Shown here piece by piece: positions 45,941 to 60,700 of a stretch of 64,000 nt of DNA. A program made the position numbers and the translations under genes. Each line of letters starts with the position of its first letter. Within the stretch, counting starts at the first letter, position 1. Below the pieces are notes generated by a model. That model made no database searches, was not told the DNA's origin, and saw only the letters and a list, made by a program, of their open reading frames with translations. This stretch comes from Auanema rhodensis (lineage: Eukaryota; Animalia; Nematoda): positions 7,750,001 through 7,814,000 of the forward strand of contig OZ059894.1 in the NCBI GenBank assembly GCA_964057225.1, read 5' to 3'.

Positions 45941-48030
45941 TATGCAAAAAACTGTTATGAACTAACAGAATATAAAAAGAAAGAGAAAAGCTTTAATTTG
46001 AAAGTTAGAAAGAATAATTCTCATCGATGAATCTTCTTTGACATTTGGCGCATAAAAGCTTGAAATATATGTTAAAATGGAAAATAAAGCATCAATTGCA
46101 AATGTAGAATAATCATTTGAAACAGACTTATTCCTGAAGACAATTGAAGATTTTAACGGAAATCTGTTCAGCTTTCGACACAAGGGCAGTAGTTGAAAAA
46201 GTTAACACGGAAAACAGACATCTCTTTTCGCCTCGTTCTATGCCATCTACGGACATGTCAAGACAAGTCTGAGACGATCCGGAAAGAATCGAGACTGAGG
46301 ACGAGTTAGCAACTTATGCTGAGTGACAGGGCTTTGCTGAATGGCAAACATGCAAGATAGAAAGCAGAAAATGGTCAGCTGAGAGCAAAAAATTGAATAA
46401 GCTGACGAAAGGCAGACAGTCAGAGTTGTTAATCTAGCATCTACTATACTATGTTGGGTAATATTTTGGATATGTATAGTTAGTGTTGTAGTTTATTATG
46501 AAATATATTTAAATGAGTAATAATGTAAAAGAAAAAAGAACTTGCTTGTTTAGGAGTAGTAACATCTATCTACTATTTAGCTGTTTTTCGGTGGCATCTC
46601 TATACCAAAAAAGGAGAAATGGAATGACAATAGTCAAAGAATGAGACAAAATAAGAAATAGAATAAGAATGAAATAGGGGAATGAAAGCTGAGAGAGAAG
46701 TATAAATCAGAGCACAACTGACGAAAAGCCCCGAGGGCAGTGTCAAGCACATTTAGTATCATTCCTCCTTGATTCATTTAGCAGACAGCGCAAAAGCATT
46801 ATAAAGAAAACGAGAAACTGAAATTGCTCTTCAGAACGAAAACTTTGTTTTTGTCACTTTCAAACCAATGTAAACGGTGCTTAGGTCAATTGAACGATAT
46901 GTGAAAACCGTTTCAGAAGCCATTTCATGAGCATGTGTGAAAGCTTCAATGATTTTCAATATCTCTGAGCAATAGCGAAGAACTGTTTTGAATTCCACCT
47001 AATACTTAGAGCTATCTGTGTAGATTTTCTTGCGAATTTGTCAAGATCACCCAAAGGACACGGCTATTTCCGGTTCAGCCGTTCCGTTCGCACAATTTCC
47101 TTCTTTCACACCCTGTCATCAATTGTTGTAACTGAATCAAGCATTAGACGACGATTACTTGAATGTTACAACATCAGTAGCATCATCCTTAATTGCATAA
47201 ACGGATATAAGAAATAACTGAATAATTCAACCAAGTATTTAAAGTAAGAACATAAAGTCGAAAAACGAGAAATGATCTTCTTCAGCCTAAAGACAAAACA
47301 AGAATATTCTAAAAATCGAGTAGAAATTGACCCAATTCAAAAGACTAGGAATACGATTGGAACTAGTACACAGCAGTATAATTAGAGATAGTTGAGCTCT
47401 TCCACTAACTTTTCCAAAGCACACAGAGTCTTCTGATGCCACCAGTTGAGCCATTGGAGCACCAAACCGATTGAGGTCATCTATCAGTCTGGATTACGCC
47501 CATGTCGGTCAGAAACGAAAAAATAAGATGAATGATTCTTCATCTGCTTTCGAATTTTCATTTATCACAATGTAACTCGATATAGAATACCGTAATTATG
47601 TTATTTCTATATAAATCATTCAATTGCATAGATGAGGGTAAGGTAAAGAAAGAAGAAATAGTTGATGAATTGTAAATAAGCCAGTTTAAACGATGTAGAA
47701 AAGACAAAAAGTTAAAATAAACGAGGTAAAAATAAAGAAAATATGAAAGAAAAAAGCGAAAACGAATAGAAGATGACATTAGCTATTGTCGTCAGGTATG
47801 CTTAATGGAGTTGAAAACGATGTTGAAACAATAGTCGATGAGTATTCAAAGATAAATGATGAAGAAGGCTTACATCTAACAACTACAACCACGTATGCTT
47901 ATGATTAAGCATATACAGAGACAGCATTACTTGATGTTATTGTTCTGTGAATGGATAAATGCTAGAGGCTATATGAGTGAGTGAAGAAGAAAAGAAAGAA
48001 TGAGATCCTCATCTAGAAATAGAAAGAGAA

Positions 48031-48101
<71 letters not shown>

Positions 48102-48454
48102 CGAAGAGAAATATATGCCGGATTTTGCTCAGATATAAGAATACTATGATCTAAAGAAATGGACAGAAGTGAGCACAAAACAGATAAAAAGACAAAATGC
48201 TTAAGAGCGATATGGCTGTAGAGAGAAGAGAGAAAACAAAAAAAACAGAAAAGGAGGAAGAACAAGCAAAGTATTTGAAAGAATATGAAGAACAGAGAAG
48301 AGATTTGCCATGCAATAGCTCAAGACATGGATTAGGTATCCCGGATATATGTTATATAGATGTATCTGAATAATGCCATCGATCAAATCGGTCTTCAATA
48401 TATATTATTATAAACATTTCTAAAAATAATTCCGAGTATCATGCCTGGCCCCCA

Positions 48455-48500
<46 letters not shown>

Positions 48501-49963
48501 AACATTCTATCTATCTATCTAACTATCTAACTATCAATATATTTATGTGTATATTCCTCTATCTTGCTTCGATGACTTAATCATTCTAAAGATAAATCAA
48601 TCAACAACATTATAACTCAAAAGGATGATTATAATGCTATCTTATAAATATTTTTTTATTCAGAAAAAAAAAGAATTGGAAAATAAGAAAAAACAAAAAT
48701 AAAGAAAATAGATTATACTTATTTATTTATTTTCTTTTTTTTTGTTTGATAGCGGAAATGATTGTTCTGTGTTTGAAGTTATTTGAGATATGACTAACTA
48801 AATCGTTTAGTACTATTTCCACGTGGTGTTCACGTCTTTGTTTACTACTTATGCTAATTAGATAGTATACAATTTCCTTTATAATTATTACAATCAATTA
48901 CTTATAAACTTGCATATATTATCATATAATGAATTTGTCTTATTGTTGTTTGTCTTCTTTATTTTTTTACTTTTCATTTGTGGTATTGTAGTATAGATTT
49001 TGCTTCATTGAAGAGACAGTAGGTCAGTGGTTCTCCTCGACTACAGCCTAATTTTGATGGCCATCCGCCTGACCAGGCGTCAAATCAAATATATTTTCCT
49101 GATAAAGTTAACGCCTTGAGGCGAGCGATACAAGATCTCTGAGAGATGCAAAAGACTAGTCATTCACTTCGAAACAGAGAACAATCGTCAACGCCCCATC
49201 ACTACTACATCATATTTCCTTCAGTTCGATGTTATAGTAGCTTAATGATTTCAGCTTCCTTAATCAAACTGAAGGAGAAATTGGAAAGTTCTACTCAAGG
49301 GTTCTGCAATTTTCACCTCGTTTCGTAATTATCTTGCAATTCAACTGAACTTAGTACACTTATGTAAGAAACAACAAGAAAAAATAATATAATATTCATC
49401 TGAGCAACTTAATAGTAATACAGAAGATCCATTTATAATTATGTTCATCTGGTAAAAATATGAAAGTCAGAGGCCCATTCATAATTCGGAACACACAGAT
49501 TGAGCATTCAAAGTAGCTGCAAAAGACGCGGCCGAAAGGAGCAGGCAATGTAAAACATTATATGCAATGATGCTTCTTAGCACAAATTCAAATAGACACA
49601 TAGCTTATCTAAAATAAAATTCGCCAGGCTAGGTATCTCCAGAAACAATGCGTTTGATTTAAAAACTGACTATGAGCATGTGGTGATATCTAGGTACTGA
49701 ATCAACTTATATTATAATTCCTACACCTCACATTTCTAAACACGAAAAAAACAAAAAAATAATGTCTTATGAGAGGCACACAGGAAAGGCAATATGGGAG
49801 GTAGTAAGTACAATTGTAAACCCGAACGGTAACACTCGATAGTCGAGCAGGAAAGGAGAGAAATAAAGATTGAGAGAAAGTAAATTTAGAAAGAATCAAA
49901 AGATTGCTTTAAACAAAAAATAGAAAAATACATGAAAGTACGAGATGGACCAGGAGATGATGA

Positions 49964-52900
49964 TTAGTTGATGTCGTTGTTGTTCGCTTCTAAAGGCAAT
50001 TCAAACATTGTGAATCCCAATCTACAATTTATTTTTGAATTACTCATCATTTTACAAACAATTGAACTTACTTTTTGCGATATTTCAAAGCGGGGTACAG
50101 GGCAAGATATGTTATTGGAACCAGTCCCCGTTCCTTCTCATTGGTTTCTTCGTTTAGTCGCTCACAAGTCCACCAGTTCTAAAAAAACAATTGATTCACA
50201 ATGGGCGATTGTTGAAGTGATACAAACCTCTTCTCTGTCCTCTTTTCTAATTACTCTCAGTTCATCGCCGGCTTTGAAAGATAATTCATCTTCATATTCC
50301 GCGTCATAGTCATATGCAGCATAAACCTTAAAAACGTAAAATTTAATTATATTGCCTTATATCATGTGAATAAGCAAGTTTCTTTACAAGAATAAAAATA
50401 TTCGAGTCATTGTTTTTCAAAGTCTATCCCAAATAAGCTTCTGTGATGCAATGAATATTACTCTAATCAAGCGTACTGATCTCATTACTTGCCTAGAGAC
50501 ACTACCGCACCAAATGAATCTGGTCAGCAAAGTAGACCAGCTATGCAGAATACAATCATCTGTTTCTTTTGCAACCCAGAAAGGGACTTCGAACACACTT
50601 AAGCGAAAAAGTGTTTGGAATTATGGAAACGTGTTGAAATATTCAAAACTTCATCAAATTATATTAAGTGCGTCACTCGTATAAATACATTCAAATGCGT
50701 AAAGAAGCTTCTTCTTATTCTTCTTTGAATCAAAAAACAAACCTTTCTGCTATTTAATGTCCCAATAGCATTGAGAGAAACATCCAAATAACGATGACAT
50801 CCATCGTATCCTTCTTCGTCTTCTTCACATTTTTTAACAGGCGTTTCATTATCTGAGAGAGTGGAAGCAAAAACGCAAGCACCACCTTCAACCAGCTGTC
50901 GGACCTAAACAATTGGTGAAGTGTTATGAAGAAGTGATAAAAATGTATTAAGATCTTACCATTGGTAGATTATTACATGAAGCAGCACAGTGAAGAGGTG
51001 TCCATCCATCGCTATCTTGCGCATTCACGTCAGCATCGGATTCGATCAAAAACTTGACAATCTCATAGTGCCCAGCACAAATGGCATTATGAAGAGCGGT
51101 AATCCCTTCGTCATTTGCAGCCGATACATCTGGCAACTGAAATTACATACTATTACCTTGAGAAGATGAGAAAATGCATGATTACCTTTGCAGCACTGCT
51201 CTGAACTAGGTCAAGCTCTCCTTCAAGAGCAGCATCAAGCATGAGAGCAAGAGGGTCAAATTCGATACAACGTTTAGGCTTCTTCAATCCAGGAGCTCTC
51301 AAAATACCTTTGACAGTTCTCTGATTGACTTCCATCTAAACAAACGAAAATAGAAGTCGCATTGATATAGAAGAGGTTGAAATAATGTCTGAATCAATGA
51401 TAAGGAACGAGAAAACGAACCGTTCTTGGCAAAGCTGAGCGAGACCGACAAAAAAAGAAAGGCATGTTTCAAACTAGATGCTTGTGGTGTGAGGGGAAAA
51501 GTTGGCACCTTACTAGCCTCACGAAAACCTTTATTGAGGCGCGTTCAAGAATCAAAAGACTAACAAATGAAGCCGTGCGCTACCTAGCCCGCATGGACGA
51601 AAGGTCGCTCTTGCCAAGTTCAGTTTAGAATGATAGTAACTCACAGCTTCTCACTAATTGAGAGTGGCAAGTTCAACATTGAGAAAAAATATCAAGGGTA
51701 TGAACAATTAGTTAGACGAACAAGAAAAAGCATACCTCTACTTGTGGTTCATCATCACTCGTTAAAGAAGATTCTTCTTCAGTAGTTGATCGTTCAGAGT
51801 TATGACCATTTTGAATAGAAATATTTGATTCGGGCTCCACCTAAATTTCAGTTTTAATGAGACCTCCAAAACTAAAAAGAAACTAACCTTTGCAGACTCA
51901 ACAGGAATCTCCGGAATGAAATGATGTTTACCACGTTTCTGCTCTTCGATCACTCGACGAATAGTTTCAGCTTCGGAAAAGGTACCTTCAGATGCAGCCC
52001 AGGACCTAAATTATTAAAAATTCATATCTTCAAAAAAAAACGAAAAAGCAAATCCAACCGTCTCTTTGTTGCTTTCAATGAGTCAGATCGCAAAGATACA
52101 GCATCAGTTCTTCCAGACCTGAGTCTATTCTCATCCATACTCTCTCCAAGAGAAGTTGGCCTCTCAACTACATTAGGAATAGAATCCATATTCTGAAATT
52201 AAATATTAGAAATTAAAGAAAAACATTTTAAAATTTTCATACAATTTGATTAGAATATAAATCTTGGGGTTCTTTGGTCCTTTGTGGCTTTTCAGGAGCT
52301 CTTACTTCTGGCGGTGAAGAAGGTACTGTTGGATGAGGATCTTTCGGTGGAGATGGACTAATATCTTGTCTAGTGCTATGCACTACAGGCAATACGCCAG
52401 TAAAGTTATCGACAGGTTCGTTAGGAGGAGAAGCAGATTTTTCTTTTAACAGAGAGGAGCTGAAACGAAGGATACCATAAGATATATAAAATGTAGTCAT
52501 TGTATTACCTATCAATTAAATCTTCCTCAATGCATCCTTTGGTGATTTCGAGCTCAGGCTTCGATACTACAATGTTGAATGGTTCAACGGAAGCTCTAGG
52601 CCTCAAAACTTCAGTAACTTGTGGTGGTACACGATCTTGAGATCGGTTGAGCATCTAAAAGAAAATACAACAATGGTCTCAAAGTAAAACTATAGAACAG
52701 CCAAACAGAACGTAAACTTAAAATAGAAAAACAAACAAACCTGTTGATGCTGCAATTGCTGATGAATTTGATGCTGGCTTTCAATTTGCATTCTTTTTTG
52801 TTCAGCTACTGCTGCACTTGAAGCAGCTTGACGGCGTCGATAAATTTCTTCGAGCTTAAACAATATATCATGTTAATATTATAAATAATTCTATTTAATA

Positions 52901-55900
52901 CTTGTTTTCGCAAAACATCTACACGAACTGAAGCAGTACGAAGTTCATTTTTTTCCTCTTCTAAAGGAGCTGTCATTGATATATCATCAGCTCGTCTGCC
53001 ACTACGGATTAATAGACCCTTATTATCAGTTTCATTGTATCTGAAGAAACTATCATAAAGTAAAAGTGTCAAATTCTTTACAAACCTTCTTAATTCGGCA
53101 TCTTTATCAACAGGGGTACGTCGAAGTTGAGACATCTGTTGCAGTCTTGGATCAGACTGCTGTTGCTGCTGCATTCTCATAGCATGTTGCCTCCTTTCAA
53201 GTTCTATTCTAAACATGATATTCATTAGTATATATATATAATTCAATTTATCAACCTATTAGTTTCAAAAACTCGTCGCTGATGCTCGGCATAGTCATCA
53301 TCGTATGATCTGAAGCAAAATGATGAGAATAAGGTCAAATGAAATAACAGAAACACTATTAACTTACCTAGCCGTTACTGGGTGAACATTCACTGTTGGG
53401 ACCATATTTGGACCAACTGATCTTCCAGATACGGGACTATGACTCATCTGTGGCATATGATGGCCATACACACTGTTGGACTGGGGAAGTCTTATCGGAG
53501 GTGCAACAACACGAACCGGTGGCTTTGACATCTAAAAGGAAAAAATATCGAAAAATTCAACACATCGAAAGAGGTTGGGCAATATAACGAAAGATAGAAT
53601 TAGAAGTGTCACACATTACACAGTTGCTGAGTGACATACGAAGTTGAAATATAGGAACAGATAAAGAGTAAAATTCAACTTGACAATTAGAAAAAGTAAC
53701 AATTTTGTAGGAGATGAGATTCTCGTCTCTTCAAGCGAGTGAAAACTATGGACTGTATACGTAATAATTCGCTAGAAATAGCCTAATATCTGCATTTCAA
53801 TTGGTCTGCAGAACTTGTGCAATAAATTTCCGCAGGGTAGATTCGCGCACCCTAGAGAATGAGAGAAAGACAGCAGCCAGCTGTAATGCTATCATTAGAT
53901 ACCAAGGAATATTACATTACGTATTAAATAAGCTGATTCAGATGACATAAAACGATAAATTGGTGACTTTTCAAAGTTGAAGAACACGACGAAAATACGA
54001 AACGGACGAATTATCTCAAAAAAGAAAAGCAATGGCTCATGGACCACTCAACGTACCGTTCGCTTAGTGAAGGTAATGTGAGCGCAGTAAAAGGACGATC
54101 AACATCAATGTCAGATTCAATGAGTGGCATTGAATATAACGGACGCGATTTTCTGCCAGTGGACAATGCCCGAGACACATAATAGTAAATAATTACCATA
54201 CTCAACGATCAGTTGGTATTCAAAATAGTATAAACGGTAAGCTTTGCGTCACTCAAGAAGAAGATTGGTTTCATTCATTATGCACAGAAAATTGGGATGA
54301 TGAGGCAGTTATTGGCAGATTGACTGAATAGCTCAAGAAAAGTCCATATGTTATTATAGCTCATCAGAACCTTGTACGGCATCTGTCTTGACGAGATTAA
54401 GATGTATTTGTCTAATCATTGAGTGAAAAAAAAGATAAACAATGATTTAAAGATTTTCAAACTTCAACCTTCAGCTGAATGTGAGGGATTAGAGATATTG
54501 CCATAAGATTTGTCAGGTGTAGAAAAGGTGGCCAATAAAAACAGGACAAAGAAAAAATAGCCGGTAAAAGAAGATCCTATATCGGATAAGAAAACAATCT
54601 CTGAATAAAACGGTGACAAGCGCTGCTTTGCAAAAGTCGTCGTCGTTTTTATTGAAATGTATCTGGAACGGGTTTCAATTCGGCCTTATCCGCTTAAAAA
54701 AGTGAGAGAGAATATGAGAGAAGGCTATACCACTTGAGGTAATACAACGACCTAAGTGAAAACGTTAATGGCAGATGAATGAACGAAAAAAGTTGATGGA
54801 TATGTTTTCACATTTCTTCACATAATTGAGCGTTTACTATGTATCGAAATATAAAAATCTATGCTTACATCTGGAACAATTGTTAGAGATTATACAGCGG
54901 CGATTCTTGTTCAATAGCCTTGTACATTATTATGAAGACAAGTTGCAAGAGGATATTATGCAGATTAGACAGCATAAAATAAACTAGACAAGAATATTTA
55001 CAATTAGACCTAAAATAGATGGAATTGCGACCGACATAGTGTATATAGAGCTACAGTTCATAAGGCATATTAAAAACATTGTCACGTATCACTGTGATCA
55101 CGCTCAAAACAGGTTTAACAATCACAAGATGTTTAACTTATGTGAGAATTATCAAAAAAATGAAATAGCCTCGACCAGAAAGTTTTAACACGAGAAACCT
55201 TTGCAATCGTAAATTAAAAAGCCAGGCTGATACTAGAAGAAGGATCATCGGAGACACACTGACAATGAATATCAAAATCTTTGAATACGAGACAAAAACT
55301 ATTGAAAACGAGAAAAGAGACGACATGAAACATCGGCAATACTCAACATAGTTTTGATTCAAAAGAGAAAAAACTAGCCGGCCTCAAAAAAGAGATTCGA
55401 CCGCATGATAAGTTAGATTCTTGACCGACTCCCCCAACCCCCCTCATCGTAGTTCTGTAGGCTAGGATAGCCATACATGCATCAATAACCCATTTATAGA
55501 GTATTAGATTCCACGGATTGTATGTGATAATCATGATTGTGACAGCAGAAAAATAAAGGAAAAGACATTTCAGTTGTAAAGGTCACGAAATAACACAATG
55601 ACTGCATTTTCAGATCTGCACAGAAACACAAGGCACAAGCTTTTTTCAGAACATCATAAAGAAATATTGGAAAATAAAATGTAATAAGTGCTTTCAGAAA
55701 CTAAAACCTTCCAAAAAAAGTTGAATCTCAGGAACTAGCGTGTGCGAAGAGGATGATAAGAAGATGTAAGGGAAATAAGGATACGCCGAATTGACTAATG
55801 ATAAGGCAGACAGATTTTGGACAGAATACTGACAACATCCGAATATCACTGTGAAGATGCGTGAATAACTAAACGTAATTATACTAATGCACTCTACCAG

Positions 55901-57765
55901 AAGGAAGACTTGGAAGACCAGGAAAAAGGTGTAAATCTGTCCTCATTTCACAACTGGAGCAGCATAAAACGCAGGCAATTTATAAACGAGAGACAATAGT
56001 AGGGAATTTCGACAATAAAAGTTCAAAGCGTCCAAAATTAACGATTCATAAAACAGAAGAGAAACAGCAATCTGACGGCTTAGAACAGATTTGAGCATAA
56101 AACAGGATATAATAAAGTTGGCGAGATTTGAGGAGAAAAAACACTGTATCTATAAAAATGAATTGGGAATAGAAGAAATAAGCCAGAAAAATGTTAGCCG
56201 AAAAAGCAAGACAACGGCTGGACCAGCCAGTTGGTTGTCATCGGTGTTCAAAATGAACAATCTATCAATCGGATAGCACACTTTAGCGATTGTTGTCATA
56301 GTAGAACAGCGAACAAAACGGAAATTTGAGCCATAGCCAGCTTAATTAACCAAAAAATGTTACAGATTAGGCTAGCTAGAGCCAAGCGCATTTGTCATTC
56401 CAAAAAAACCTGTAACAACTTGCTGAGACAGCAGGCAACAGAAATGATCACACACTAATGATTGAACCATAAACAATTCAACAGGATTAATCAGACACAG
56501 ACTAATTTGACAATCTAGAAAAGATTAATCACCTATGTTACAGTCCTGAAACAAAATTTCAGAGACAAACTTCACAAACATATACTGACAATGAAACAGT
56601 AAATGAGACAGCCATCATACAATGACTGAAAAGAAACAAAAAAACGGCAAGATAGCCAATAGTCATTTGTAACAAATAGAAAGGGAAATGATCCAGAACT
56701 GAAGATGCATTGCTTTGCTGAGAAAAATTGAGTGCGAAAAGATAAAAAGAAAAGAATACTGAGGTCTGAAAGATTGATATTGAGGACGAACTGATCAAGA
56801 AGAGCTGAACTGAAGAGGAGTCGCCAATAAATTCAATGAAAAGATCAAACAATGCAGGGAAAATATATTATTCGCGACTTAGAAAATAAACAGATAAGCC
56901 AATAATAATCTAGGAAACAGACTAGTCATAATCGATAGCTGGTTGCATAGCTTACAAAAGTGAAGACTTCTTTAGAAAGTCCGGCCGTTACTACGCCGCG
57001 CAACGGTTTACAATCGCAGTCAGCTCGTTCCATGGTTTAGAACAACATGACCTTGACGATTTATTCAATCCATGACCTATCCGACATATCTATACAGCCA
57101 TTTTCATAAAAGAAATGACAGACACGAGCACTGAATTGGAAATTAAAATGAAAAGATGGCAAACGTGGATTGCATCCTGGGCGAGTAGCATTACAGCATT
57201 TTACGAAATATACCTAAGCCCATTGGCACGGTGATAAATTGCTTCATTTCCAGGAATGAAACAATGAATGTTGCTTTGAGAACATCGGTAAAAATCCCAA
57301 AGGTATTACATTCAAAGAGAAACTGATTGGAGAAAAACAGAGCTATGGTCGCAAGGCCAATATGTCACAAAAGTGACAAGTAAATGTACAGAGAGCACTT
57401 AAAAAATAACTAAGGAAATGTCAGTCACAGGAAAACTAGAAAGTAGCAGAGAAAACTAGCCAATGAGTAGCGGTGTAAGCCATATACATGTCGAGAAAAC
57501 TGTGTCGGAAACCAAACAGTCCAATTTTGGATACCGTAAAGTCAAAAAAACACAAATGCGAATGTTAAGATACTTACCCTTGTTGGAGGAGCAAAAGCAG
57601 TGCATGACGTTGGTGTTGCATTAGCCACACTACGAACAGAATCGGAGGCATGCACAAGTGATACCTGACAATAAACAAAAATAATATAAGCAAATGAAAA
57701 AATAAGAATACCTGTGATAATCCAGTTGCTCCTACCGACGTAGACGGCTGCTGCCCACGCAGCAT
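49964..57765 (-). CDS. ape-1: ASPP/iASPP family ankyrin-repeat + SH3 protein, APE-1 orthologue
   Basis: N-terminal exons 57765-57712, 57664-57578 ([11 protein letters not shown]) and 53531-53368 ([10 protein letters not shown]). C-terminal region [19 protein letters not shown], ankyrins [32 protein letters not shown]3 [34 protein letters not shown]. Stop TAA at 49966-49964. Confidence 0.9.
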
Positions 57766-60700
57766 TTCTGTAAAAAAACTAAATTACCTAAGATAGAGCA
57801 TACGTGAATATAAAAAATCAATAATAAGCGGAGGTGGGAAAGGGGTCATCTAACACAAGAGCGTATAATGTGAGGAGACAAGATGGCCCAGACGCATGGT
57901 AAAAGGCATGTTTTGATATATGTTAAGGAAATGGAAAATAGCAACAGCATTGTCAAACATCATGTCAAAATTTGAAAAATGGAAACAATCAAAAGGGGCA
58001 TCATAGATGAAACTGTTAGATCATAAAACAAAGCAGGCAATAATAATAAAATTCTTCTGACCGTATAAATTAAAAGAAAAAATAAGAAAAAATATGAGTC
58101 AGCAACCGACCGTTCTATACACATTCTAAATATAAAATGAAAAGCAGTCGACACGTTGAAGTATTCACGTGAACTAATTAGCATAAAAGCACGAAATTGG
58201 GCAAAAAATGAATATCTAAGTCAACATGTAAGCGTGAATGCCCATAAACATAAGTGGGCAATAGCATTATGAAAAAGCTCGTATAATAACGATAGATGCA
58301 AAGCATTTTCGTTCAATTCCTTCATATGACAGGAGAGTATTGGTTCTCTGTTAAGGTCCAACGACAGCGACTGACTTCCGCAGCCTTTATTGCAAATAAG
58401 ATGTATATGTCGGTTTGAGCTAAAGACAGAGATTGCTCCAGTCCTAAGATAGAATCACCAAGCTAGACAAATATAGCACAATTCTGCTCCATTTCAGCAT
58501 TGCACATTAGCTAGGAAAGGTTCAGCAAATAAAACTGCCAGAGAAACAAGATAAGGATGTTCTGTGTGGATGAGGTAAAAACGACAAAGAAGAAGAATAC
58601 AAGAGAAAAACGTTCAATAGAATCCAACCTGAAGGTCACACACTTTTATATGATAATTCTGGCTTCCAGGTTTTTGCTTTCCAAAACTTATACAACTGAG
58701 AATAATGAGAAAAGAAATGATACGCTAGCAACTGGTATTTTATATGATTATAACAAAGCCGCGAGAAAAGAAACTTGACTATATTTCAGATAAGAATAGA
58801 TAGAAAATGATTAACAGGGTAAATGAAGAGGAAACAACTGTAGAAATATTGAAGTTTAGAGAGAATAATACAATCAAAACAAGATTCTGACTAAGAAAAG
58901 AGGATGTTTATATGGCAGATGAGCAGATGGTACGAATGTAATAATGCAGTCAAGAACGTTTTTGGCGGAAAATTGTTGCGTCAAGAGTGAATAAGGATGC
59001 CAAATTAATTGATGTAGATTTAAGAATAAATATGAATAGATGAGAGTGCAAAAACAAAACGAAAACGAATTTGGATCATCAACGAATTGAGCTTGTTGAA
59101 GAGGGAGGCGAATGTATTTCACCAAACCTGATATTGCACATACAGAAATAAGCAGATAATTTGAGAAATATAGGATCTTCATACGGAAAACACCAAATTT
59201 GTCTGTGATTTCAAGAGTCAGGTGCTCGAAAACACGAAAAGACAATCGGTGTGGTTTGTTATCCAAGCGTGATAGCCTCCCATTCTTTCTAAGATCAATA
59301 CTATGTTTGTCGGAACGCAAGAGCGTTTATAGTCGCGATCGACGATCGTGACGGAAACCGAGGATCGCAAACAGATGCTGGATTAACGCACCAATTCACA
59401 TCTTCAGACTTTATGGAATCTGATTCAGAATCGGAGATGATAAGTCACTAACAGCCAGAGGCAATAAAGAGTTATTCTATGTCAAGCGATAAGATAAAAC
59501 ATAAAAGCGGCGAACTATAAGAAAGGGAAACTAAGACAACGTGTTGCAATTTGCGGCGAAAATGAGGAGAACTGAAATTCTTGTAATCGTAAATTGCCAC
59601 GAAATAGACAGCTTACGAAATTATCAGAAAACTGTTTAACCGAAATAACATCGAAAAGCTGGGGAAACTGGGTTAAAAATGCTTTTCCTTCTTTTTCGTT
59701 TACTCTGCTTTGGAGGAATACCAAAGTTCTATATAATATTTGAGAATACAACAATTCTTATATTTCAATTTTAAAAAAAATCAGTAAAAATATGTGATAA
59801 GATAAGAAAAAACGAATCCATCAAGCTTTTGAAGCAAACATTACACACAAGCGTGATTGCCGTTTTGCTCTGAACAAGGAGGGCAAAGAGTCATTACACG
59901 AGGCCGAGAACAAAAAGATCATTATAAATACTAACTATTTGTAACAATGAGATACAAAGATATTAGAGAAAAAGGTCATCAAGAGCAAGTAGAATAGGAG
60001 ATTAGTGGTAAGGATCACATAGTTATATCAAACTTGATCGCGGGCACACAATAAATTATTTGGAAAATGTGTGGAAGAAGAAATCGATAATAGAAACGAC
60101 AGTGTGATCACATCAAATTTAAAGAGAAATGGTCCAGGAGCCCAAAGATAAGTACAGAGAAGATCAACAATGAGAAAAAAAAAGTTATTTTAGTATTCAG
60201 TTGAGAAATTCAAAAATAGCTGAACAAGTAATAGAACAAGTGTTCATGATAAGAATTATCACGACAGGCCAAAGACCTAGGTCAAAGATATGACAATAGT
60301 TGTGAAATTTTGAAAAAATATATGCGACAAAAAATTTTTTTCAAATACTAAAAAACAGAATGTATTGAAATATGAACAGAGAGTAACATGTGCTTATCAA
60401 AGACTGTGGTAGGATTTAACAGTAAACGATTAGAGAACGATTAGAACAGGGAATTACAAGGTGTTAAGCATACGTTTTCATAATAGTTCAAGAATAATAC
60501 TAGTAAAAAGATATGCAAATCATAACAGAATGGCCTAATTTGTGGACAAGCGCCCAATGGCGATAATAATGAGAGATAGATAGAGGGATACACAATAAGA
60601 AAGTGTGTGGATGAATGTATGAAGAAACGAGGTCTTCGTTAGTATGTGTGCAGAGTGACACTCACATAACGATAGACAGTGATGAAGAACTATTTCGCTC

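Noticed and set aside
51490-51680. Hairpin-rich ape-1 intron as an H/ACA or C/D snoRNA
   Set aside because: Stems are present but no correctly placed ANANNA/ACA or C/D boxes were found.
54011-54205. ORF with a CG|GTACGT donor inside ape-1 intron 2 as an alternative first exon
   Set aside because: The phase-2 donor does not fit the next acceptor (53531, phase 0); it would need exon skipping, with no other support.
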